A stretch of 63,938 bases of DNA, filler included, from Octopus bimaculoides (GCF_001194135.2; 8 parts of 7 records of this genome joined end to end with filler, not necessarily neighbours in it); one strand, 5' to 3'; counted from the whole stretch's first letter, positions 1 through 13,117 are shown. Numbers and translations: made by a program. The notes: a model not told the origin generated them from the letters alone.

Positions 1-120
1 GAGCAACGTGAAATAAAATGTCTTGCTCAAGAACACAACACGCAGCCCGGTCCAGGAATCGAACTCACAATCTCACGATCGTAATCTCGACGCTGTAACC
101 GCTGAGCCATGCGCCTTCAC
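1..120 (-). mobile_element. tRNA-derived SINE, 5' head (truncated by window edge)
   Basis: Minus strand reads gtgaaggcgcatggctcagcggttacagcgtcgagattacgatcgtgagattgtgagttcgattcc (A/B-box-like), followed by tgtgttcttgagcaagacattttatttcac, which is shared with the 31255-31559 copy. Confidence 0.7.
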
Positions 121-144
121 AACGACACTAACATCCAATTAAAT

Positions 145-544
145 CAGCGTTTCTCAACCGAGATCCATATAAACCCCTGTGGTCCGTATAACATTTCTGG
201 GGTTCCAATCAAGCAAAATAGGGGATCGGGGATCCACGGTAATATTTTAAGTATCCAGGGGAATTTTTTTTTTTTTTTTATATATTTATTGTAAAAAACA
301 GCCTGTTTTTTTTTCTCCAACGCTTAACATAATTCAACTTGTTTCCAGCCACTGAAATATTCTGTCTGAGAGAGCACTATAAGAAACCAACACAAGTGAA
401 AATGTGACAAACAAAATAGGAATTTTTAAAGAAGGATCTATAAAACTAGTTTTCAAACGTCAAATGGCGATGGGGGGTCCACTTGAATAAAATAGTAATC
501 AAAGGGCGCCATAGGTAAAAAAAAAAAATGGTTGAAAAACACTG
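145..544. mobile_element. hAT (Charlie-like) MITE
   Basis: TIRs cagcgtttctcaacc / ggttgaaaaacactg (13/15 match) and an 8-bp TSD aattaaat / tattaaat (7/8). Confidence 0.85.
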
Positions 545-1034
545 TATTAAATATTCACGGGGACTTTTATTCACAAGAAAGTTTGTCGAACGAGTAGGGG
601 TGGGACAGCGATACACTATGATTAAATAACAGTAAAACCTGAAGAGTGATTAAAGTCAAATAAATTCCACATCGTAATGCTATGACTAAGGCATCCAAGG
701 CCGAAATAACGTCTATAAAGAGATATCACCTATAGATCTATAAAGCGAGTAAAATGAATTGTTTAATAGAAAGACCGTACTGCATCGCTTCCATAATTCA
801 TATAGTTCAGACCACTAGAACACGCTCCGAATATTTAAATGACTTGTATACATGTGTGCACGCGTGTGTGTGTGCGTGTGTGTGTGTGTGTGTGTCTGTT
901 TGTGTGTGTGTACATATGTGTGAGTACGTACGCACGTACGTATGTATGTATGTATGCATGTATGTATGTATACACACACAGACATGCATAACATTCAATT
1001 TTTTTTTTCTCCGTGTTTTTCTCCTTGTTTTCTC

Positions 1035-1150
1035 CGTATTCTTTCTGTTGGAGAGCGTAGCTCGAAAGGTTAAAGACTCTCTCTATTCCCGAGCGTTAAA
1101 CTAATACATCCTTTTGTTGTTTACACCACCTGTCCTCGTCTGTTGTTCTT
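1035..1150 (+). repeat. Short interspersed repeat with degenerate minimal hammerhead scaffold (second copy about 58075-58170)
   Basis: tcttt-ctgttgga-gagcgtagctc-gaaa-ggtt-aaaga. The tcttt/aaaga strands pair as stem I. The downstream cccgagcgttaaactaatac resembles ccctgagcgtatgctaatac at 58126. Confidence 0.45.
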
Positions 1151-1165
1151 TTCGTAAATTCTTCC

Positions 1166-1205
<40 letters not shown>

Positions 1206-2106
1206 NNNNNNNNNNNNNNNNNNNNNNNNNNNNNNNNNNNNNNNNNNNNNNNNNNNNNNNNNNNNNNNNNNNNNNNNNNNNNNNNNNNNNNNNNNNNNNN
1301 NNNNNNNNNNNNNNNNNNNNNNNNNNNNNNNNNNNNNNNNNNNNNNNNNNNNNNNNNNNNNNNNNNNNNNNNNNNNNNNNNNNNNNNNNNNNNNNNNNNN
1401 NNNNNNNNNNNNNNNNNNNNNNNNNNNNNNNNNNNNNNNNNNNNNNNNNNNNNNNNNNNNNNNNNNNNNNNNNNNNNNNNNNNNNNNNNNNNNNNNNNNN
1501 NNNNNNNNNNNNNNNNNNNNNNNNNNNNNNNNNNNNNNNNNNNNNNNNNNNNNNNNNNNNNNNNNNNNNNNNNNNNNNNNNNNNNNNNNNNNNNNNNNNN
1601 NNNNNNNNNNNNNNNNNNNNNNNNNNNNNNNNNNNNNNNNNNNNNNNNNNNNNNNNNNNNNNNNNNNNNNNNNNNNNNNNNNNNNNNNNNNNNNNNNNNN
1701 NNNNNNNNNNNNNNNNNNNNNNNNNNNNNNNNNNNNNNNNNNNNNNNNNNNNNNNNNNNNNNNNNNNNNNNNNNNNNNNNNNNNNNNNNNNNNNNNNNNN
1801 NNNNNNNNNNNNNNNNNNNNNNNNNNNNNNNNNNNNNNNNNNNNNNNNNNNNNNNNNNNNNNNNNNNNNNNNNNNNNNNNNNNNNNNNNNNNNNNNNNNN
1901 NNNNNNNNNNNNNNNNNNNNNNNNNNNNNNNNNNNNNNNNNNNNNNNNNNNNNNNNNNNNNNNNNNNNNNNNNNNNNNNNNNNNNNNNNNNNNNNNNNNN
2001 NNNNNNNNNNNNNNNNNNNNNNNNNNNNNNNNNNNNNNNNNNNNNNNNNNNNNNNNNNNNNNNNNNNNNNNNNNNNNNNNNNNNNNNNNNNNNNNNNNNN
2101 NNNNNN

Positions 2107-2143
<37 letters not shown>

Positions 2144-2924
2144 GTATATGATATGCTTGCGTTTTCCCCTGCAAGTGAAAAATAAAATCTCTGATTGATT
2201 ACCTCTCTAACAAACATGTAGAAATAATTACCTTTTACTACTTGTTAACCTGTTACAAGTTCTTGTTAAATCCTCTGTTTTTATATTTATTACGGCCTCT
2301 CCAACGTGTTAACAAAGTTTATTATGGTGTTAATTTTTTCGTGAAAGAAAGGAACGGGAAGAACATGAAAATATAAATAAAAGAAAATTAAATATAACAA
2401 AAAAAAAATGGTAAATTATAAAAAATAAAATATAAGGAATGAAGCATTAAAAAAAATATCAACGTGAGACAAAATGTGCGACTGCTGAACTGTAACAAAG
2501 AATTTTATGGAGAAACTTAAAAAAGATTGCAAATATTTAACGAAATTTTAATGAACGCGTAATAGTAACAGTATGCGTGCACATAAAACGAGTATGAAAA
2601 TATATGAGTGTGCGTGTGTGCGTGTGTGCGTGTGTGTGTGTAATTATGTATGAGTAGGTGCATTGTGTGTGTGTGTGTTGGTCGAGGAATGTATTTTTAT
2701 TAACAGAAACGTACGTGTATACACAAGAACAATAATATGTGCACACATACGATAACTAGTTTACACAAGCGTATACAAATACACACATGCACACACACTC
2801 ACACACAGAAGCCCGCATGCATGTGTATATATATATATGTACATATATATGTGTGTGCACGTGTATGTATGTATATAGCTATAGAGAGAGAGAGAAAGAA
2901 AGAGGGAGGTAGATATATATAGAG

Positions 2925-2981
<57 letters not shown>

Positions 2982-3029
2982 TAGATATATGTACATAGGC
3001 ATACACACACATACACACACACACACACA

Positions 3030-3060
<31 letters not shown>

Positions 3061-3580
3061 CAATGCATACATACAAATATATTTTATATGCATAAGCACA
3101 AATAAATATACATATGTATACACACACAAACGCATATATTTATACACACACACACACACACACACATTCGTATTCACATACACACTTAACTTGCATGTTG
3201 GTGTATGTGTCTGTGTCTCTCTATATTTGTGTGTCCGTGTGTATTTGTGTGTGCGTGTGTGTTTATGTGTATGTGAGTAAAATTAGATACGACACATACT
3301 AGTAAGCACTAGGCACACATTTGCACGTATTCATATATATAAATTACTAATAGAAAAATGAGCAACACGGAACTAGTTAAATTAATTCGTTAAAATTTAA
3401 GATTTGAAAAAAAATAATTTAAAAAAAAAAAACAGTTCCATAATGTTTAAAAAATTACAATAAAACAACGAAAAGGTGCGAATTACTGTTATCAAGAAAA
3501 CAGGTGAAATATTTAACCTGGGAAAGAAATGTTTTTATACGAGAATATATGAAAAAAAAGATGCGGATAGATAATTAGAT

Positions 3581-3612
<32 letters not shown>

Positions 3613-4008
3613 ACACATGCACTTGTGTATACGCACATGCACACAAACAGAGATATGTATTTAAATCTATATGTATATGTGTGCGTGCTTGTGTGTGTGG
3701 TTGTGTGTGTGTGTGTGTGTGTGTGCGAGTACGTGTGTAAGTGGATGTATCCTTCACCCACGAAACTTTGAGTAATGTGGATCTGAGTCAACATGTTCTT
3801 AATTACGTATACGTACATACACATACATTTATATATAATGAAGTATTTACGGGTATATGTGTATATATACACATATACATATATATATATATGTGTGTGT
3901 GTTTAAACATCTACACATATACATATACAAACATACACACACACACACACACACACGCACACACACACATATATATATGTGTGTATATATATATATATAT
4001 ATACAAAC

Positions 4009-4072
<64 letters not shown>

Positions 4073-4276
4073 TCATACATACATACATACATACATACAT
4101 ACATACATGCAAATATTGGCGAGTAACGTGTGCATAAGTTAGTGTGCACATGTTTAACGAGTATATACACATATGTGAGTGCTCGGATATATGTGTGTGT
4201 ATGTGTGTCTGTGTGCATGCATTCATCCATATATATATATATATATATTTATATACATATATATATTTATATGCTT

Positions 4277-4319
<43 letters not shown>

Positions 4320-4419
4320 NNNNNNNNNNNNNNNNNNNNNNNNNNNNNNNNNNNNNNNNNNNNTTAATTAATTAANNNNNNNNNNNNNNNNNNNNNNNNN
4401 NNNNNNNNNNNNNNNNNNN
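4320..4419. other. Artificial scaffold linker N44-TTAATTAATTAA-N44 (also 19446-19545, 45002-45101, 55387-55486, 57571-57670, 59769-59868, 61942-62041)
   Basis: Seven identical 100-nt blocks with a 12-mer that has stops in all six frames. Confidence 0.95.
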
Positions 4420-4498
4420 ATATATATATATATAAAGTATAGCTGTGTTGATGCAAACCGGAAAAACAGAACTCAAGATATAAGTATATGTATATTTT

Positions 4499-4612
4499 TA
4501 TTAATATTTAGCAGAAGTAACAGAGTGACTCAAGGTCCGTGAGATTCGTGGTACCAACGCAAAAAAACTCTCGGACCTTACGTCACTCTGTTACTTCTGC
4601 TAAATATTAATA
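4499..4612. repeat. Fold-back hairpin repeat
   Basis: tattaatatttagcagaagtaacagagtgac (4499-4529) is the exact reverse complement of 4582-4612. An inner aaggtccg/cggacctt stem extends it. Confidence 0.85.
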
Positions 4613-5284
4613 ATAATATATATACATACATATATATACGTACGTATAAATGCATGTACGTACGTACGTATAAATGTATGTACGTACGTATATACTTATG
4701 TATGTATACTCACTCACAAATATATACACAGAGTTGTTAATGAAAGTATTCCTATGTACATACACAAAAACAGTCATATACATATAGAAAATTGTGTGTG
4801 TGTGTGTGTGTGTGTGTGTTTATTAGACAAAAATGAGCTAAGAAAAATAACTCAGAGTGGCCATAGGCTTGTACATGAATAACATAGACAAATACAGGTA
4901 TATAAAATACCAAACAATATCAATTTTTAATTTGTTAAAGTTATCTCAGCCTCTAGAGGATGTGTCATAATAGCATAATGATAATTGAAACCAGTGCCAT
5001 ATGAGAAAGGGAGATAATCCCAATGAAGACTTCTCCAAGATTGTCATTAAGGAAAAGGACTGGTTTTTTGTCTGTAAATAAAAGGATAACTGTGGATACG
5101 TCTTTCTGCCTCAATGAATGTCATCAGCACGATAATTGCCCTACCATACACACACACATACATACATACATACATGCATGCATACATACATACATACATA
5201 CATACATACATACATACATAATTCAAATTTACAGAAAATAAAAGACGAAGACACGTGTAGGAACAACAAGCAGATATATATATA

Positions 5285-6146
5285 CAGAGTGAGTGAAATG
5301 TAAGTAGCAATTAAAAATTGGTAATAAAATCCATATTCTTTTTACAGATTTATTGAAACAAATGATACATGTTCTTTATTACATGGGAAAATGAAAATAA
5401 ATCTTCATATTTCAATGTAAGCACCGGTGGTGTCAACCAGTTTCCTCAAACGGCCAGGGATGAAATGAACAACCTTCTGAAGGACGTCATCTGGGATATC
5501 ATTGAAGACTTCCTCCATCCGTGTCTCCAAGTCCTCCAGTGTGCGAAGACTTGTCTTATGCACCTCTTTTGTATAAAAATTACATGGAGTGAAATCTGGA
5601 CTTCTTCACTAACAGTCTTCAGGTTTTAACTTCTGCACATAATGGGGTTTCTACGGACGAAAATTCAATTCTTTATGCAACGCCGTACGTATTGAGTGTC
5701 ATGTTAGTCCACTTTCACGAGCTGCTTGACGTTGATTTTTGCAGGCTGCGGTTAAACATTTCCTACACTGATGCCACGTTCTCCGCTGATTGGATGTGGT
5801 TGGACGGCCACTTCTTTTTGCATTGTTCACAGAGCTCGTGGTCATCAGCTTTGCATGACAGCTTTTTATTATTTCCGGACGTAGTGTTGCATACTTAGCT
5901 TTCCATGCACACCATCAACTCTGAACCAAAACAATGGAATTCCCCATTTCATAGCGTACTGCTATCTTAGCTCACTCCTGAACATTCAAGCGACCGGCCA
6001 TCTGGAAAATAAGAAATAAGAAAGAATAAGAAAATAAGAAATCCCCATTAGTGTTGTCTGTTTAAAAAATGTTTGCGTCATGACTTCAATGATACTAAAA
6101 ATTCTATAAGCAATTTCTAAAGCCTAGTTACTTCCCACCCACCCTA
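5285..6146 (-). mobile_element. Internally deleted Tc1/mariner element (DUF4817-type HTH transposase relic)
   Basis: From ATG at 6001 the minus strand reads MAGRLNVQE*AKIAVRYEMGNSIVLVQS*W...CHAKLMTTSSVNNAKRSGRPTTS. Imperfect TIRs cagagtgagtgaaatgta / tagggtgggtgggaagta with TA flanks. Confidence 0.7.
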
Positions 6147-6881
6147 TATAANNNNNNNNNNNNNNNNNNNNNNNNNNNNNNNNNNNNNNNNNNNNNNNNN
6201 NNNNNNNNNNNNNNNNNNNNNNNNNNNNNNNNNNNNNNNNNNNNNNNNNNNNNNNNNNNNNNNNNNNNNNNNNNNNNNNNNNNNNNNNNNNNNNNNNNNN
6301 NNNNNNNNNNNNNNNNNNNNNNNNNNNNNNNNNNNNNNNNNNNNNNNNNNNNNNNNNNNNNNNNNNNNNNNNNNNNNNNNNNNNNNNNNNNNNNNNNNNN
6401 NNNNNNNNNNNNNNNNNNNNNNNNNNNNNNNNNNNNNNNNNNNNNNNNNNNNNNNNNNNNNNNNNNNNNNNNNNNNNNNNNNNNNNNNNNNNNNNNNNNN
6501 NNNNNNNNNNNNNNNNNNNNNNNNNNNNNNNNNNNNNNNNNNNNNNNNNNNNNNNNNNNNNNNNNNNNNNNNNNNNNNNNNNNNNNNNNNNNNNNNNNNN
6601 NNNNNNNNNNNNNNNNNNNNNNNNNNNNNNNNNNNNNNNNNNNNNNNNNNNNNNNNNNNNNNNNNNNNNNNNNNNNNNNNNNNNNNNNNNNNNNNNNNNN
6701 NNNNNNNNNNNNNNNNNNNNNNNNNNNNNNNNNNNNNNNNNNNNNNNNNNNNNNNNNNNNNNNNNNNNNNNNNNNNNNNNNNNNNNNNNNNNNNNNNNNN
6801 NNNNNNNNNNNNNNNNNNNNTCGGTACCAATATCGTGCAAGCATGAGGGCACGCTGGCAAAGCTCTGCTCCTCTAAATTAA

Positions 6882-7067
6882 AACCTTACCTGTCGTTGTG
6901 GTTTTGTGGCACGAAGCAAAGCAGGTCTTGCCGTCCTCTCAAGAAAACACATAGTAAATGATCGACAAGCACTTGAGCAAACTGAGTCCTCAACTTGTTC
7001 CCTTCGCCAAAAGGTTTTCAAGGCACCAGCAAGCCTCAAGAGACACATTCGTATCCATAGAACATGA
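6882..7067 (+). mobile_element. 3' end of RTE-type LINE with two decayed C2H2 zinc fingers
   Basis: One frame reads NLTCRCGFVARSKAGLAVLSRKH...TCSLRQKVFKAPASLKRHIRIHRT-stop, the same architecture as the RTE C-terminus at 43051-43380. Confidence 0.55.
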
Positions 7068-7137
7068 TTAATGTTTCATTTTACTGAACCCTATTTGTCG
7101 TTCATGACAAGAGAATATCACACACAAACACACACAC

Positions 7138-7171
<34 letters not shown>

Positions 7172-8008
7172 GGTTGTGACCGTGTCATATGCACAAATTA
7201 GACTCACGGCATATAGAAACACAGTCCAACGCAATTATTTTACCTCTCCTTCAAAGAGTATAAGACAGACCACCCCTACCTGGACATGTTCCGGCAAAAA
7301 GCTACATCCTACATCAGGAGGATATGACTACGCAACACATGACATACTCGTGGCTTCAGCATCACGACCTGGGCCAATACTGTCTGAAACATACCTAGGT
7401 TATATCGAACTAATATTTGTGTGTTGGTATACAGATATATATATATATATATATATGGAGTGGGTGTATACACATAGAATTCTAGGTGCATATATAAAAT
7501 ATAAACGTGCCTTGACCACAACACCTACAATTCAAACAACGCATTCTCTCCAATGAAAAGATCGTTCTATGCATATAATGTGTGTGTGTCAGGGGTAAAC
7601 AAGATTGTTGTATTGAACAAACACGTTGCATTGAATCATACTATAATTGTTCATCTTCACTTGACTGGTAGATAGATGCCAATATTATTACATAATTATC
7701 AAATTTATAACCATACGGCCGTATTATTTCAGCAACACCGGTGAATGTAGATTCCTTAGGTACGAACGCAAGATTATTGCTAAATTAAACCACATTCAAT
7801 AGAATATATACCTTAACACGTTCAAAACATGAAAACAAACACCACTAATTTGTTAACCACAAGTAGGTGACTGAAACACCCCCTCCGCACAAGCACACAC
7901 ACAGCAATTTTAGCAACCGAAGGCCAAAACTATATACGTCACTAAAGTGACAGAGGGTGCTATTTGGCACCAGTATTGCTAGAAATAAGAGTCAAAAGAC
8001 TTATAGCC

Positions 8009-8052
<44 letters not shown>

Positions 8053-8331
8053 GTATGTATGTATGTATGTATGTATGTATGTATGTATGTATGTATGTAT
8101 TATACACGACGGGTCTTCTTTCAGTTTCCGTCTACCAAATCCACTGTCACTGTTTTGGTTCGACCGAGGCCAAAGTGGAAGACACTTGCACGAGGTGCCA
8201 CTACACGGTCACGCCAGCATCTTATAGAAAAACATTAGATTAAAATCCCACCTTCCGTTTTATTACTCTCTATTACTCTAATAGCAAGAAGGTATTGAAA
8301 AAAAAATAAACACGCACTTGCGCACACACTC

Positions 8332-8413
<82 letters not shown>

Positions 8414-8416
<3 letters not shown>

Positions 8417-9371
8417 GAAATTAAAGAATTAGACCGCAACCGCCCATACAAATATCTAGAAATAGATGAAACAGCTAAAATACAAAACGCAAGAATGAAA
8501 GAGAAAATTAGGAGAGAATATTACAAAAAAGTTAGGCTAATATTAAACACTGAACTTAATGCCAAGAATAAAATAATAGGGATAAACACGCTAGCCATAC
8601 CAGTCATAAGTTAGCCATACCAGCTTTAACGTAATAGATTGGAAGATCAGTGAATTGAGAAACCTAGATAGAAAAAGCAGAAAACTAACAGCATACCAAA
8701 GCCACCATTCCATAGCAGACACAGACAGAATATATCTACCCAACTAATCGCCCTGACATAATAATCAAGGATTGAGGAAAAAACACCTGCTTACTGATAG
8801 ACATTGCAGTCCTTTCTGATCAAAATATTGTTAGAAAAAGAAGTGGAGAAATTGTCAAAGTACAAAAACCTCGAAATTGAAGCATTCAAAATGTGGAGCA
8901 TGAAGGTAAAAACAATACCAATAATAATTGGAGCAATGGGCATGATAAAGAAAATCATATGAACAAAAAGATAGAAGCTATACCTGGATCCTCAGCACCA
9001 CACGCTGTCCAAAAATAGCCCTGCTAGGAACAGCCCACATCCTACGCAAGACACTATCAATCCAATAATACAACCTAAAAAAAACAACCCTCAAATACAA
9101 GACACACTCTATACAGCATTTACCCAGTGAAATAAACTCCTACCAACAATCTAGATGACCAATGTATCACACACTCAACATACAATACAAACGGTAACAC
9201 AACAAAAGACTGCACTACACATAAAGAGAAAAAAGCTAACACAATACAGTACCGGGAAAGGTTTGCACACTACCAACAGCAGAAAAGAACGCACAATGCA
9301 GTACACACCCCAGCAATACGGAAGTGTAGCAGGTGAAATTTGCCTCAAACTACCAAATATTGAACAGTTAT
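8414..9371 (+). mobile_element. R4/Dong-like non-LTR retrotransposon, 5'-truncated 3' portion (RT thumb, restriction-like endonuclease, 3' UTR), decayed
   Basis: PYKYLEIDE...EYYKKVRLILNTELNAKNKIIGINTLAIPVIS, then NRPDIIIKD...LIDIAV...KYKNLEIE...KTIPIIIGAMG...QKIALLGTAHILRKTLS. Flanked by (TAA)n on both sides. Confidence 0.88.
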
Positions 9372-9372
9372 A

Positions 9373-9445
<73 letters not shown>

Positions 9446-9446
<1 letters not shown>

Positions 9447-11282
9447 TCAAAATTAAAAGAAGAGTGCTATTGTCATCTAGTGAACGATATTTCGACATCC
9501 TGTAATTGTCTATCGTATAGCCTTTTTCGATGTTTTTCAAGCACAGCACTGTCCTACCCAATGTCAACCACTCTGGTGTTACTTGGTCGGCATTTAACAA
9601 GGTGCTGAATTGTGCAGCTATTCGTGCATGACATTCACCATATCTTTTGTAGCCTTGAACTCCATCTGGTCCCGGGGCCTTCCAGTTGCTCATTTTTTTG
9701 CTTATTTCCTTCACTTCCCTAACTGAAATGACTAGTTTTGCCTGTTTGGGGCAGACTACTGTTTGTTTCAGTTCTTGCAACCATTCAGCATCTTTCTTGT
9801 GCTCCTTGTCTTTGCTCCAGATGTCACTCCAAAACCTTTGACTTTCATTGTTACNNNNNNNNNNTGCTCCAGATGTCACTCCAAAACCTTTGACTTTCAT
9901 TGTTACCTGGTATCAACTTTTCATCTGTACACTCTCCATTTATTTCTTTATAGAATCTCTTCTTATTTCTTTATTGCCCACAAGGGGCAAAAACATAGAG
10001 GGGGCAAACAAGGACAGACAAAGGGATTAAGTTGATTACATCGACTCCAGTGCGTAACTGGTACTTAATTTATCGACCCCGAAAGTCAACCTCGGCGGAA
10101 TTTGAGCTCAGAACGTAGCGGCAGACGAAATATTACAAAGCACTTCGCCCGGCGTGCAAACGTTTCTGCCAGCTCGCCGCCTATAGAATCTCTTCTGATC
10201 TACTCTGAATAACCTATTCTGGTGGTAACACTTCATTCTTTGGTCGTATCTTACCATCTTTGCTTTCTTTGCAACGAGGCGCTGTTTCAGTTCTTCCATT
10301 ACCACTTTCAGGTCCTTTTTTTCAATATTATACTTACTTTTCAGCGCCCTGTATTTTTGTTCACTTTTAAGCACCCTTTCTCTTTTCGGTCTAACACAGA
10401 AATTTCCTTCGAGAGTATATCTAACCCTGCCTGTATTCTTCTTTTCCACCATGGATCTTTTCTTTTGTCACTCCCATTATATTTCTTTTCCTTGACATCA
10501 ACACCCACGTTTTCTGCTGCAACAATACTTGCTGCCTTGATCAAATTATTTGTTTCTGTGATGTTGTTTGTTCTGATGCATTTCAGAAATTCATTGACAT
10601 TTTTCGTTTCTTGGTTCAATTTCCACCGATCAACCTTTATTCTGTCGTAGATTGCCTTTTGTTCATCTGTCATGTCGCCATTAGTTTTATTGTCTTCTTT
10701 TAGATCATCTATGTATCTCATCAAATAAACCACCAATGCTCCTTTCCTGTGCTTTGAGATTACTTCTATTAGTAAGAACTGTATTTTCATCGTTATCTCT
10801 GCTGCTATTTTCCAAGACACGTCTTTTGATAGCTTCGAACCAACGATTTTTTCTTATTGCTCCAGCTTGATCACATAGTCTCTGTTCTGTGAGTTGAAAC
10901 AATACCTTTTCCCTCCAATGATCATACATACGTTGTCGGTAATCCCTAATTTGAGCACCATTTTCATCTACCGGGTTGCTCAGGTAGTAACACTCCATGA
11001 CCACAGCATTAATTTGCTTGATCCATCTACGCCGTGTGTGGTGGTCCCTTTCTGGATATCAACAGGCTGGATCCGGACCAGAATCTCTGAGCCTACCGGG
11101 TGCAACACTGTCACCATTATTGGCTTCAGTTTCATTACCACCGTTATTCACAATATTTTGTTTTTTCATTGCCATTCATATGAGAAAGCGATTATCAGGT
11201 TGCACAATTATCAGTGTTTTTATTGTGACACCATCACTAGATGTATCATTAATCAGGACATGGAGAGGCTCCACCCGCTTCC
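9446..11282 (-). mobile_element. R4/Dong-like LINE, 5' portion (N-terminal region to start of RT), decayed
   Basis: MECYYLSNP...YRQRMYDHWREK...EQRLCDQAGAIRKNRW; NNITETNNLIKAASIV; DPWWKRRIQ; RYDQRMKCYHQNRLFRVDQKRFYR; WKAPGPDGVQGY; PEWLTLGRTVL. The 5' end abuts (TAA)n at 11283-11350. Confidence 0.9.
9964..10181 (-). mobile_element. tRNA-derived SINE inserted in the R4 element
   Basis: Head ggcggcgagctggcagaaacgtttgcacgccgggcg...tgagctcaaattccgccgagg. 15-bp TSD tatagaatctcttct at 9949-9963 and 10182-10196. Confidence 0.85.
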
Positions 11283-11350
<68 letters not shown>

Positions 11351-12229
11351 CATCATCATCATCATCACTGATATCACTGATATTATTGTTTTTATTTTTT
11401 TAGTATTTGTCATTGTTATATTAACAGATTCAGAGGTTACACAGGACTATGGCACGAATTTCCAGCGCTGTTTACACGGTCAGCCGCAGAAGAAATTACA
11501 CTACTTGATCTGGCTTTCCTCAGCGATGTTCTGTCGTGCTGAACGACTTTCTAGAGAGTCCATTGCTCACTTGTAATCTTCGGTGAACAGGCTCTTCTTC
11601 AGTCTTCTATCACCGTTGTCAATTTCTGCCTTTATTGTTGTAATTGTTGTATCTATGTGTAGTAGCAGCAGTGGTGCCAGCAGCAGCAACAGTAGTAGGG
11701 TGAGGGCAGTGGTAGCTGGGCCTCAGATTCCTGTACTATCAGGATAGTAGTAGTTGTAGTATTAGCAGCTGCAGCATATTATCATTATTTTTAACATTAT
11801 CACCATCACCACCACTACTATTGTTATTATCATTATTACTATTTCCATTTATTATTAAAAGATTTTATTAAATGTTCTTAATTTTCAACTTTTGTCCTAT
11901 ACTTGAGATAATCGTAAATATGTGGTTGTTAAAGGAAACGGTTAGAGGAAAGTGTAGCAGCTTGGTGAATACATCAAATTCTACAGGTCTATAAATAGAT
12001 TCGGCAGATGGTGGGGAGGCCAGCCATAGAGTCAAAAGAATCCTCGTACCCTTTGGGTCATCAGAGTTCGAATGTGTTTACTACTACCAGCGACCACTGA
12101 GAGCGCTACCCTTGGCCTTGAAAAGAAGCAATTCAACCTGTTCTATTTGTAATTACTGGTAGAGAAAAACAATTATATATATATACTGATATTCACGTCG
12201 TTGAATATTTGAATTTCTGAATTCAATTG

Positions 12230-13117
12230 TGTTGCAATAAAAAGTATGTTTACATATTTGGGTAGTCAGGAATAAGTTTCATACAAAATTTAACATATTA
12301 GAGTTTTAAGTTTTCTTGAGATGTTCGTTTGTAGTATTTTTGCAATGAAAAGGATGTTTACATTCTTGAATACTCAGGCAGAAAGGAAAGAAAAGTAAAG
12401 TAAAATTTTCACAGAAAATTGTTTTAAAATTTACTGAAGATGATCTTTTGTCTTCCGAACAGAGAAAACTAGTGTTCTTGGAATAAACAGGATATTTACA
12501 TTTTCGAATACTCAAGGAGAAAGGAAAGGATATGTATTCACAGAAGTTGTAGATATTAAAGTTTTTTTTTAAAGCTGATCGTTTCTGTGTTCGAAAGCTA
12601 TAGGCATGTAAGTTTCCTAATTTATTTTGAGGGAGATTTAAAATATTCACAGGAAATTGTTGATATTCAAATCTTTGGGAATAGTAGGAGGAAGAGATGA
12701 TCTTGTTGAATTTTTGAATTTCTGAATTTCTTTTACTTTTTCTTTTGGAACTTTTCTTTTCTTTTTAAAAATTTTGCTGTAGTTTACAGTTTTTGAAGTT
12801 GTGCTTACCTCCTTAATTTTTTTTTTTATCGTGCATTTAATTGTGTTGTTACAATAAAAGGCATGTTTACATATTCGGGTAGTCAGGAAAAAAGGAAAGA
12901 TAAAATGTTCACACAAAATTGGAGATATTAAAGTTTCCAATTTTTTTTGTAGATGTTCGTTTGTATGTCCGTTCAGAGAAGACTTTAGTGTTTTTACAAT
13001 AAAAATATGTTTACATTTTCGAATATTCTGGGAGAAAGAAAAGGAAAGAAAAGGAAGGTAAAATTTTCACAGAAAATTGTGGATATTAAGATTTTAAAAT
13101 TTAGTGGAGATGATCTT
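12230..13117. repeat. Diverged AT-rich tandem array (about 110-140-bp modules)
   Basis: Core caataaaa..atgtttacat...aaaattttcacagaaaattg recurs, with the atgtttacat-like motif at about 12246, 12354, 12492, 12863 and 13007. Confidence 0.65.

Noticed and set aside
680-720. ggc-atccaag-gcc-gaaa hammerhead-like fragment
   Set aside because: No recognisable CUGANGA or stem I.
11427-11620. Possible exon after ttaacag acceptor
   Set aside because: All frames on both strands hit stops, there is no convincing donor, and there is no similarity to guanylate cyclase domains.
12040-12085. Minus-strand CTGATGA-ccc-aaa-ggg (similar case at about 31735)
   Set aside because: No GAAA/NUH downstream; expected by chance.
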